Source: Akkermansiaceae bacterium
Lineage (GTDB): Bacteria; Verrucomicrobiota; Verrucomicrobiia; Verrucomicrobiales; Akkermansiaceae
Direction of reading: 5' to 3'
Assembly (NCBI GenBank): GCA_033722655.1
Contig: JAWVYP010000001.1
Span: forward strand, 1 to 36,003
Length of the DNA stretch: 36,003 bases
This document shows, one piece after another, positions 16,998 through 25,233 of this stretch. Both the position numbers and the translations under genes were made by a program. Numbering within the stretch: position 1 is the first letter of the stretch; each line of letters starts with the position of its first letter. The notes beneath the pieces were generated by a model that was not told the origin of the DNA, searched no databases, and saw only the letters and a program-made list of their open reading frames with translations.

Positions 16998-17221
16998 AGA
17001 TTCTGGATGAAGAGGTGAATGGTCCGTTTCAATTCAAAGGCCTGCATCGTCCCAATTGCTCCTTTTAAAGACTCCGCATTACATATATTGTAACAAGTAG
17101 TAAATCGGCAGACAGAAATGCACGGATTTCGAGCTAATGCTCGCAAACTCTCGAAATTGGGACAAATTCTGCCCATCGAGGCGCTCGTTGCCGAGAAATA
17201 CAGGTCCCCGCCCCCTTGCCC

Positions 17222-18724
17222 ATGAAAAGTCACATCCCCTCCCGAATGCTCGTTCTTGGCCTCCTCCTGCTTCCTGGAGCGCTCAGTGCCGAGGAAAAGG
17301 CCGCCAAACTGCAGGAGCAGACAGCCAACAAGGCAGCTGCTCTTCCCGAAGCAGTCACCCGCGAAGGCAGCGTCAAGATTGGCGGCAAGGTGATCAACTA
17401 CGAGCTTACCGCCGGCAGCATGCGCATTGAGCGCGACAAGCAGCCTGCGGACATCTTCTACGTCGCCTACCAGCGAATCACCGACAATCCCACCGTGGAC
17501 CGTCCGGTCATGTTTGCCTTCAATGGCGGCCCGGGCTCTTCAGCCGTCTGGCTGCACATCGGGATGCTGGGTCCGAAAATCCTGAATCTGCCCGGTGACG
17601 GCACCACGGCTCCCAAGCCGCCCGTCACCGTCCGGGACAATCCCCAGAGCCTGCTCGATGTCTGCGACCTGGTCTTTGTCGACCCGGTTTCCACCGGCTA
17701 CAGCCGTCCCGGGAACGAAGACAAGGCCAAGCACTTCCATGGCGTGGATGCCGACATCGAGGCCTGTGGCGAATTCATTCGGCGCTGGATTACCGAAAAC
17801 GATCGCTGGGCCTCTCCCAAATACCTGCTCGGCGAATCCTATGGCGGCATTCGTGTGGCGGGACTCGCCCAATACCTGCAATCGCGCCACGGCATGGGCC
17901 TCAATGGCGTCGTCCTGCTCTCCGTGATCTTGGATTTTGCCACCATTCAGGGCTCGAACACCGGAGACCTGTCCCATTCCATCTTCCTGCCCGCCTACGC
18001 GGCCGTGGCCCACCATCACGGCAAACTGGAGGGAGACCGTGACCAGCTTGTGGACGAGGCCGGCAAATTTGCCTACGGCGACTATGCCTCCGCCCTGATG
18101 AAGGGCGTGGAACTCGATAATGCCACCAAGACCGAAATTGCGGAACGCCTCTCCAGTTTCTCCGGCATTGCCACCGAGGTCTGGCTCAGGCACAACTTGC
18201 GCATCCAGCCCACGCTCTTCCGCGCCGAGTTGCTGCGCGATGAAGGCAAGACCCTGGGCCGCTTCGATGGCCGTGTGGCCTGGGACAATCCGGACCCGAC
18301 CACGGACGACGCCAGATACGATCCCTCCTACTCGCTGGCGCTCGGGGCATTCTCCACGGCTCTCAAGGATTATCTGGGACGCGAAATCGGCTACAAGCTC
18401 GATGAACCTTACGAAATCCTGACCAGCAAGGTGCATCCCTGGAAATGGGGTCGCGAAAATACCATCCTCGATGTCAGTGACCGGCTTGCCACCGCAATGC
18501 GGGACAACCCCCATCTCAAGGTCCTCGTCATGAGCGGTCACACCGATCTCGCCACCCCTCCGGAATGCGTGGCCTACTCGCTGCGTCATCTCCATGACCT
18601 TCCCGCTGCTCAGCGCGACAACATCAGGACGGAGTATTATGAGGGAGGTCACATGTTCTACCTCAACCCGCCGGACCTGAAAAAATCCCGTGCCGACCTG
18701 CTGGAGTTCCTGGAATCCGAATAA
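17222..18724 (+). CDS. Serine carboxypeptidase, peptidase S10 family
   Basis: FNGGPGSS, VFVDPVSTGYS, GESYGG nucleophile, DLATP, GGHMFY; signal peptide. Confidence 0.92.
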   Translation: MKSHIPSRMLVLGLLLLPGALSAEEKAAKLQEQTANKAAALPEAVTREGSVKIGGKVINYELTAGSMRIERDKQPADIFYVAYQRITDNPTVDRPVMFAFNGGPGSSAVWLHIGMLGPKILNLPGDGTTAPKPPVTVRDNPQSLLDVCDLVFVDPVSTGYSRPGNEDKAKHFHGVDADIEACGEFIRRWITENDRWASPKYLLGESYGGIRVAGLAQYLQSRHGMGLNGVVLLSVILDFATIQGSNTGDLSHSIFLPAYAAVAHHHGKLEGDRDQLVDEAGKFAYGDYASALMKGVELDNATKTEIAERLSSFSGIATEVWLRHNLRIQPTLFRAELLRDEGKTLGRFDGRVAWDNPDPTTDDARYDPSYSLALGAFSTALKDYLGREIGYKLDEPYEILTSKVHPWKWGRENTILDVSDRLATAMRDNPHLKVLVMSGHTDLATPPECVAYSLRHLHDLPAAQRDNIRTEYYEGGHMFYLNPPDLKKSRADLLEFLESE

Positions 18725-18740
18725 GAGGAGCCCGTCACAT

Positions 18741-18797
18741 TAGCTCGGATCTTTCATGATTCTCGTGGGCGAGGCGCAGGAATTCTCGACGGGCTAG
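18741..18797. mobile_element. Internally deleted copy of the MITE-like repeat
   Basis: 18746-18789 is a 44-bp exact match to 26979-27022; ends TAGCTCG...CGGGCTA are an imperfect inverted pair. Confidence 0.65.
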
Positions 18798-18802
18798 AGT
18801 AT

Positions 18803-19084
18803 TCAGGAAGCGGCGCGCCTCTGCTCGAGGCCACGCTTGGCATTGTCGAGCTCCTGCAGCACGCGGCTGCAATGCCTGAAAAAGATCTCGCCCTCCGCAG
18901 TGAGCTTCACCTTGCGTCGGCTGCGGTCGAGCAGCTTGCAGTCGAGTTGTTCCTCGAGCGCGCGGATCGAATGGCTCACTGCCGACTGCGTGACGAAAAT
19001 CTGCTTGGCGGCCAGGGTGAAACTGCCCTGGTCGGCCACCGCGACGAATGCCTTGACTTGCCTGAAATCTGGAACCCAATTCAT
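18803..19084 (-). CDS. LysR-type regulator, HTH plus linker helix only (truncated or stand-alone)
   Basis: DFRQVKAFVAVADQGSFTLAA..IFVTQSAVSHSIRALEEQL...LLDR....VKLTAEG; stops after about 93 aa with no effector-binding domain. Confidence 0.75.
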   Translation of the reverse strand: MNWVPDFRQVKAFVAVADQGSFTLAAKQIFVTQSAVSHSIRALEEQLDCKLLDRSRRKVKLTAEGEIFFRHCSRVLQELDNAKRGLEQRRAAS

Positions 19085-19121
19085 GCCCACGAGATGCGGT
19101 AATCAACCATGTGAAATTTTC

Positions 19122-19138
19122 AGCAGTAGACATGCCAA
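19122..19138 (-). promoter_or_regulatory. Sigma54-type promoter motif facing the short LysR gene
   Basis: Minus strand TTGGCATGTCTACTGCT (GG-N10-GC). Confidence 0.6.
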
Positions 19139-19148
19139 AAATTGGCAA

Positions 19149-19165
19149 TTGGCATTGGAAACGCT
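19149..19165 (+). promoter_or_regulatory. Sigma54-type promoter motif facing the NrtA/NasS-like gene
   Basis: TTGGCATTGGAAACGCT (GG-N10-GC), 12 nt before ATG 19178. Confidence 0.55.
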
Positions 19166-19177
19166 CTATGCCCACTG

Positions 19178-20233
19178 ATGTCCGTTTCGTCCAGCCAGTC
19201 CGACAAAGGCCAGAATGCTGCATCCGGGGCTTCTGCCAGTCCCCTGAAGCTCGGATTTGTGCCCATGTTCGACTGCGCACCGATCGCCATCGCCCATGAA
19301 CTGGGCTTGTTCGATCGCTACGACCTGCAGGTCGAACTCTCGCGCGAGGGCGATTGGAATGCCATCCGCGACAAAATCTATTCGCGCCAGTTAGACGCCT
19401 CCCAATCCATTGCTGGCATGGCCTTTGCACTCGGCATGGGTTTTCCCGAATTGCGCTGCGATGTGGCTGTTCCCCTCATTCTCAATCTCCACGGCAATGC
19501 CATCACCCTCAGTAGTCGGCTCGATCCTATGGAAATCGCCCATGGTGAAGGCTTGGCTCTCTGGTTGCGGAAGCATCCGCAGCTTACTCCCCTCACCTTT
19601 GCCACCAGCCACCCCTTCTCGTCCCACCACATCCTGCTGCGCCAATGGCTCGGACACCAGGGGCTCAACGATCATCCCCAGGTGAAGGTGGAGTTCCATC
19701 CAGCCCACCGGATGCCCGACTTGCTGGTGGATGGATCGATTGACGGTTTCTGCGTCGGCGAACCGTGGAACTCCAAGGCGGTGCTCTCGGGGGATGCCTG
19801 GAGCGCGGCAAATCCCCGGCTCGTGGACGGGACAAGCGCGGAGAAAGTCCTGCTGATGTCGGGGCGCCTGCTAAGCAAGCGGCGCGATGAAGCCATCCGG
19901 CTGGTGGCTGCCCTGATCGAATCCTGCCGCCTCTGCCAGGATCCCGATTTCGGTGAAACCCTGGTCCATGTGCTGTCTCAAAGGAAATACACGGGGATTG
20001 CGCCCGAAGTGCTCCGTCACGAACTGGACGGCTCATTGCTGCATGATGGGCATCGGCGCGCCTACAACATCTTCCATGGCGAGGAAGTGAACCGACCCAC
20101 GGTGTCTCGCGCTTCCTGGGTGCTGGCCGGACTGACCTCCATTGCCGCCCTGCCCCAGATCACTGCCGGATCGCTGTCGCGCATCTACCGCGAGGATCTC
20201 TACCTGGAGGCACTCAAGCTCTGCATGAGTTGA
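19178..20233 (+). CDS. NrtA/CmpA/NasS-family binding protein with no signal peptide (nitrate-sensor-like)
   Basis: LKLGFVPMFDCAP..IA.ELGLF, W.AIRDK, GNAITL, PFSSH..LLR.WL, IDGFCVGEPWN, EKVL; no ABC permease or ATPase gene nearby. Confidence 0.8.
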   Translation: MSVSSSQSDKGQNAASGASASPLKLGFVPMFDCAPIAIAHELGLFDRYDLQVELSREGDWNAIRDKIYSRQLDASQSIAGMAFALGMGFPELRCDVAVPLILNLHGNAITLSSRLDPMEIAHGEGLALWLRKHPQLTPLTFATSHPFSSHHILLRQWLGHQGLNDHPQVKVEFHPAHRMPDLLVDGSIDGFCVGEPWNSKAVLSGDAWSAANPRLVDGTSAEKVLLMSGRLLSKRRDEAIRLVAALIESCRLCQDPDFGETLVHVLSQRKYTGIAPEVLRHELDGSLLHDGHRRAYNIFHGEEVNRPTVSRASWVLAGLTSIAALPQITAGSLSRIYREDLYLEALKLCMS

Positions 20234-20257
20234 GCAATCGATCGGAATCGCAATTCC

Positions 20258-22948
20258 TCAGGGTCTGGGCAGGGGGTCGTTGGCGAAGTGGTGGTATTGG
20301 CGCCGCAGCTCCGTATCGACAGGCGCATGGAAGATGGCCTTGTTCGACCATCTCAGGGCTTCTTCACGGTTGCCCTTGGCAAAATGGATTTCAGCCATGG
20401 TGTCGAGGTAGGCAGCCTGATCCGGGGACAGTTCCAAGGCCCGTTTCTGGATGCCCTCTGCTGCCTTGAGTTCCCGCTGGGCGCGTGATGCAAACCAGCC
20501 TGCCGCGTTGCAAGTGTTGGCCGAGTCTGGGAAGAGTTCGATGACCCGGGTCAACTTTTCCCAGGATGCATCGAACCACTGGTTGTGCTGTTCCTGCAAT
20601 CCGGCAACCCGCAGGACCGGGAAAAAGAAGTCGGCCAGCACCCCATCCGTCATATGGTTCTCATGGCACTTTGCGAGAATGGCGATGGCTGTCTTGCGGT
20701 CCTTCTTGAGGATGCTCAGGGCGCGGTAGACATCCGCCTTGAGACGCAGTTTCATTTCGGCATAGGGAACGTCGTTCTCGTAGTAGGAATTTTCGATGGA
20801 CTCACAGGCTGCGAGTTCGTTGAGCGCTGCCACCCGACGCCAATGGCTGGGCTCCATCAGTATGCTCTCGGCATAGGCCAGCGTGATGGCCGAGAAGTCA
20901 CTGCTGCCGGGATCCGCGGTCAGGGCGGCCCGCTCCCACCATTCACGGCTTCGCGCATGATCGCCGCCAAAGGCATAGGCCATGGCGATCTGCATGGCCT
21001 TCCGGCTGTCTCCAAGGCAAAGCAGATCAGCCATGTGGTCGTGATGCCTAGCCTCTTCAAGGCGACCGGCCCGGCGCATCGAGGTGGCGGCGTATGCGTG
21101 GATCTCTGCGTGGACGGATCCACCTTCGCCTTGTTCCACCTCATCAATCCGCTCGACCAGCAATTCGCTGACCGCATCCCAGTCATCGCGCGCCGAAAGG
21201 TGGGCGATCTGCTGGCGCCAGATGTAGTTGCTGCTGTAGTCTTCGGGGATCAACGGCCAGACCTTGCGGCTCAGTTCGACATCACCCGTATTGAAGGCCA
21301 GATTGATCAGGCGCATCAGCACCGATTGTTTTTCCTGCCCCTCTTCCAGGTCCTGGTAATGTTTCCACGCAAGATCCAGCCACCTCTGGCGCTGCCTGCC
21401 CTGATTGGGCACGTGGCGCAGGATAACCATCACGCTCTCGAGCCGTTCTGCTCGGGTGGTTTCGGGGTCCAGTTCTGCCAGCAGTTTCCACCATTCGTGG
21501 CTGTCGTCATCCCCGGACCAGAAGGTGTCGATCAGCAGGGACCAACGCTTGTCATCTTCTCCGGCCCAGTCGGAGGCGATCCGGGTGGCCAGCAATGGCG
21601 AGGGCAGGTAACTTCCGCTCTGGTGGTAGAGCCGCATCATGAAATCGAGGAAGGCAGCCCGGTCCTTGTCGCCAAAGGCAATGGTCGGTTCCCGGAAGCA
21701 TTCCAAGGCGAGATCGTGAAGGCCGCGGTTTTCCAGGAACCCCGCCATCAGACACAGGCTTAGGGCCTGCTTGGAATCCTCGAGATCGCGGAAGCCATCC
21801 TCGCCGAGATTGTCGAACTGAAGGCTGACCCATTCCTTCGTGCAGGGCTTCTGCGGCGTGTGAGCCAAAAGCTCGAGGACCTTGTCCACCTCTTCCTGTA
21901 TCTGGTAATAGAAGGCGGCCTTGATGGGCGCATCCTTGACCAGTGATTGCTCTGCAGTGCGGTGCTCGCCCAGCATGAAGAGGGCGCTGCGGGCCATGTG
22001 CCGATAGCGGGAGCTGCGCTTCTCCTGAATGCTGACCAGCTTGTCCAGGTCACTGAAGTCCATCGAATTGCTGTTCCAGCGGTCCGAGGCGAGTCGCGCG
22101 TAGATGCTCAGAGTGTGGTTTCTCGACCTGCGGTCTTCCTCCTCCCAGTTGGACGCGCGGAGCTGGAGCCAGGGAAGCGGGTCGCCGTTGAGCGCTGCCA
22201 GGCCCGCGTGAAGGAAGGGCTGCTTGTCCGCATCGGTTTCCGCCAGAGCCTGCTCGACCTTTCCCGCGGCCCGGTAGAGCGCAATGCGCCATTGGGCCGC
22301 CCTGTCTCCTTCAAGCTTGGAGGCCTTCTCAAGTTCGGCGTCCAGGGTGCCATGAGTCCGGTGGAATTCAGCCAGGGCGAGCATGGAGAGCGGGCCGTCG
22401 GGAGCGAGTTCGAGCATCTCGAGCGCCTCCTCGGGTTTCTCCCGGGTCAACAATTCCCGGGCCGCGTAAACGGCGATGCGCTGCAGGGTCGATTGGTGAT
22501 GTCTGCGCACGCCTTCATGGGTTTCTCCCTGATAGAGCATGAGCATCTGCTTCCATGCCTTGCGGCTCTGCAGTTCTGCCAGCAACTTGCTTTTCTCGCT
22601 GGGTCTCGCCTCTGAATAGCGCTCGACGATGGCCAGCAATTCGGGATCGGAGTCCGGGAACACCCCCATTTCGATCTTGCGCACCAATTCGCGGGCGCGC
22701 GTGGCCTGCTCCGGGTCTTCGGAGTCGGCAAGCTTCCTGAGCTTCGGGAGGGCCGCATTCCCCAGTTTCCACAGTTCATGTGTGGCCTTTTCGCGGACAC
22801 TGAAGTGAGGGTCGGCCAAGTCTTCGGTCCACTGGTTCAGCTTGGGATCCGTCTGGTTGTTGAGTGGCGCTGCCGATGCCGCCCAAACAAGAGCCAAGAC
22901 ACTCAGGAGGCTCGTGAGGAGAATTGACTTTTTCTGGCTGGGAAACAT
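20258..22948 (-). CDS. Large exported HEAT/TPR-repeat protein
   Basis: Signal peptide; HEAT-like LADPHFSVREKAT.ELWKLG; C-terminal TPR ALELSPDQAAYLDTMAEIHFAKG.REEAL.W; start probably ATG 22948. Confidence 0.8.
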   Translation of the reverse strand: MFPSQKKSILLTSLLSVLALVWAASAAPLNNQTDPKLNQWTEDLADPHFSVREKATHELWKLGNAALPKLRKLADSEDPEQATRARELVRKIEMGVFPDSDPELLAIVERYSEARPSEKSKLLAELQSRKAWKQMLMLYQGETHEGVRRHHQSTLQRIAVYAARELLTREKPEEALEMLELAPDGPLSMLALAEFHRTHGTLDAELEKASKLEGDRAAQWRIALYRAAGKVEQALAETDADKQPFLHAGLAALNGDPLPWLQLRASNWEEEDRRSRNHTLSIYARLASDRWNSNSMDFSDLDKLVSIQEKRSSRYRHMARSALFMLGEHRTAEQSLVKDAPIKAAFYYQIQEEVDKVLELLAHTPQKPCTKEWVSLQFDNLGEDGFRDLEDSKQALSLCLMAGFLENRGLHDLALECFREPTIAFGDKDRAAFLDFMMRLYHQSGSYLPSPLLATRIASDWAGEDDKRWSLLIDTFWSGDDDSHEWWKLLAELDPETTRAERLESVMVILRHVPNQGRQRQRWLDLAWKHYQDLEEGQEKQSVLMRLINLAFNTGDVELSRKVWPLIPEDYSSNYIWRQQIAHLSARDDWDAVSELLVERIDEVEQGEGGSVHAEIHAYAATSMRRAGRLEEARHHDHMADLLCLGDSRKAMQIAMAYAFGGDHARSREWWERAALTADPGSSDFSAITLAYAESILMEPSHWRRVAALNELAACESIENSYYENDVPYAEMKLRLKADVYRALSILKKDRKTAIAILAKCHENHMTDGVLADFFFPVLRVAGLQEQHNQWFDASWEKLTRVIELFPDSANTCNAAGWFASRAQRELKAAEGIQKRALELSPDQAAYLDTMAEIHFAKGNREEALRWSNKAIFHAPVDTELRRQYHHFANDPLPRP

Positions 22949-23019
22949 GTCTGGTGAACACTGTGGCGCAATTTTGGCCACTGCGCAATCTCCGGCTTGG
23001 GGATCTGGGCCAGCTTGCC

Positions 23020-23382
23020 TCAGGCCGCAAAACTCTCCCCGCAGGAGCAGGTCACCATGGCATTCGGGTTGCTGACCTTGAAGCCTCCCTGCTGCAGGTC
23101 ATCGGAGTAATCGAGCTCACTGCCGCCGACAAAGAGGGCGCTTTTCGGATCAATCACCACATTGACTCCGTTGCTGTGGACCAAGATGTCCCGGTCTCTG
23201 GGGCCATCGACCAGGTCCATCTTGTACTGCAGCCCGGAGCAGCCGCCGCCGACCACCGCGATGCGGAGCGCGCCCTCGGGACGGCCCTGGCGCTTGAGCA
23301 GGCCACAGAGATGGCGGGAAGCGCCATCCATGACCCGGATGAGCTTCTCGTTGCCGGTCTTGAAATTTGCCGTGGCCGCCAT
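23020..23382 (-). CDS. Iron-sulfur cluster assembly accessory protein (IscA/SufA/ErpA, HesB family)
   Basis: LRIAVVGGGCSGLQY, DPKS..F..GSELDY, NPNA..TCSCGESF. Confidence 0.93.
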   Translation of the reverse strand: MAATANFKTGNEKLIRVMDGASRHLCGLLKRQGRPEGALRIAVVGGGCSGLQYKMDLVDGPRDRDILVHSNGVNVVIDPKSALFVGGSELDYSDDLQQGGFKVSNPNAMVTCSCGESFAA

Positions 23383-23442
23383 GTGTGTGGACATCATTGA
23401 ACCCGGATGTGCGCGCCGTCAATGGCTGCTGACAGGGCCATG

Positions 23443-23476
23443 AAAAATGGGCTGATCCGGAATCGGAACAGCCCAT
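23443..23476 (-). terminator. Rho-independent terminator after the histone-like gene
   Basis: Minus strand stem ATGGGCTG...CAGCCCAT with extra inner pairing, followed by a T run, about 20 nt after the stop. Confidence 0.7.
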
Positions 23477-23495
23477 GTGGAAATGGCAGGGACAC

Positions 23496-23807
23496 TCAGT
23501 CTTTCTTTTCGGCCTTCTTGGTGGCCTTCTTGGCCGCCTTTTTCTTGGTGGCCTTCTTGGCCGCTTTCTTCGCGGCCTTCTTGGCTGGAGCCTTCTTCGT
23601 TGTCTTCTTGGCCGCCTTTTTTGCAGCCTTCTTGGCAGGTGCCTTTTTCGCTGCTTTCTTGGCGGCCTTCTTCGGCGCTTCAGCAGCAGCTTTTTTCTTC
23701 ACCGAGGGCTTCTTGACGATGCCTTCGAGCTTGGCCTTCTCCTTCTGGCGCTTGATGTATTTGGCGCGACGGCGGCGTTTGATAACTTTTCTGTGTTGTT
23801 GTCCCAT
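23496..23807 (-). CDS. Histone H1-like Lys/Ala-rich basic protein
   Basis: MGQQHRKVIKRRRRAKYIKRQK followed by many KKAA/KKAPA repeats; followed by a terminator. Confidence 0.8.
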   Translation of the reverse strand: MGQQHRKVIKRRRRAKYIKRQKEKAKLEGIVKKPSVKKKAAAEAPKKAAKKAAKKAPAKKAAKKAAKKTTKKAPAKKAAKKAAKKATKKKAAKKATKKAEKKD

Positions 23808-23930
23808 AGCGGTAGGGCTTCTGGCTAGGGCCTGGAGGCACTCGATTCAAGAGGAAATCGCTTCGCTCTGGCGATTACGCGCCGATTCGCATTCGACAAA
23901 CCCCAGGTCTTGGCCCCAGATTTCCGCCCC

Positions 23931-25091
23931 ATGGCAGGCCTTATCATCGCACCTCGAGCCCGGATCTTCCACGGCCACGAATGGGTTTACTCCTCCGAAA
24001 TCAGGAAAACCTTCGGCAAACCCCAAGCGGGCGACGTGGTTACCCTCAAGGATTTCCGCGATCGGCCCCTGGGCTCCGCCATCTACAATCCCGAGTCCCA
24101 GATTGTGGCGCGCCGCTTCTCGCGCCGCAAGCAGGACCTCGACCAGGACTTCTTCGAGCGCCGCATCCGCCAAGCCATCGATCACCGCGAGAAAATCGGC
24201 ATCTCCCCCACCCTCGCCCGCCTGGTCTGGAGCGAGTCCGACGGCCTGCCAGGTCTGATCGTGGACCGTTACGGAGAGCATCTCGTGGTCCAGACACTGA
24301 CTCTGGCCATGGACCAGCGCAAGGAGCGCATTCGCGACGCGCTCATCGCCCTGCTCAAGCCCGGCTCCATCGTCCTGCGCAATGATTCCCCCTTTCGCAA
24401 GGCCGAGGGTCTCGAAGAGGGCATTCACATGCTCCATGGCGAGAACCCCGGACCCTTCGAGGTCGATGTGGAAGGCATCCGCTACGAGGTCGATCTCTTC
24501 GACGGCCAGAAAACCGGCCTCTACCTCGACCAGCTTCAGTCCCACGCCGAGGTCGCCGGCCTCGCCAAGGGCAAGCGGGTGCTCGATTGCTTCACCAACC
24601 AAGGAGGCTTCGCGCTTGCCTGCGCCAGGGCCGGAGCGGCCAGCGTGACCGCGGTCGACATTTCGGCCAGTGCCTGCGAGGCCGCCCGCGAGAACGCCAA
24701 ACGCAATGGCGTGGAGATCGAGGTCATCGAGGCAAACGTCTTCGACTTCCTCAAGAAGGCCGAGGCCGAGTACGACCTCATCATCCTCGATCCACCCAGC
24801 TTTACCCGCAACAAGAAGACGCTCAACGACGCCATGCGCGGTTACAAGGAGATCCACCTGCGTGCCCTCAAGCTGCTCGGCAAGGGCGGCATCCTTTCCA
24901 CCTTCTGCTGCTCGCATCACGCCAGTCGCGAACTCTTTCTCGAAAACATCGGGCGCGCTTCGGTGGACGCCAAGAAGAGCCTGCGCTTGGTGGCGGAACA
25001 CGGCCAGCGCGCCGACCACCCCGTCCTCATCACCATCCCGGAAACCAGTTACCTCAAGGGCTTCACGGTGGAGGTCATTCCGAGCCGCTGA
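23931..25091 (+). CDS. rlmI: SAM-dependent rRNA m5C methyltransferase, RlmI-like
   Basis: PUA-like GHEWVY, SESDGLPGLIVDRY, GQKTGLYLDQ, VLDCF...GGFAL, DLIILDPPSF, DHP...IPETSYLK. Confidence 0.85.
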   Translation: MAGLIIAPRARIFHGHEWVYSSEIRKTFGKPQAGDVVTLKDFRDRPLGSAIYNPESQIVARRFSRRKQDLDQDFFERRIRQAIDHREKIGISPTLARLVWSESDGLPGLIVDRYGEHLVVQTLTLAMDQRKERIRDALIALLKPGSIVLRNDSPFRKAEGLEEGIHMLHGENPGPFEVDVEGIRYEVDLFDGQKTGLYLDQLQSHAEVAGLAKGKRVLDCFTNQGGFALACARAGAASVTAVDISASACEAARENAKRNGVEIEVIEANVFDFLKKAEAEYDLIILDPPSFTRNKKTLNDAMRGYKEIHLRALKLLGKGGILSTFCCSHHASRELFLENIGRASVDAKKSLRLVAEHGQRADHPVLITIPETSYLKGFTVEVIPSR

Positions 25092-25233
25092 CATGGCCCG
25101 CAAGTGACCGCAACCGGCCCATGCATCCAACCTTTCGCGAACCAATGACTCCCGAAAAAATCAGCTCCTCCCCGCGTTCGGCCTCAAAGGTGGATGACCA
25201 TCTCCAATTTCCCAACTTCCATTCTAAAAAAGC

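Noticed and set aside
16931-17047. Minus-strand short ORF MQAFELKRTIHLF... with an upstream AAGGAG
   Set aside because: Overlaps the 3' end of the opposite-strand gene, has no recognisable features, and most genes here lack SD motifs.
23407-24258. Plus-strand 283-aa ORF with FLAAFF repeats resembling a membrane protein
   Set aside because: Reverse complement of the KKAA repeats; the terminator orientation supports the minus-strand gene.
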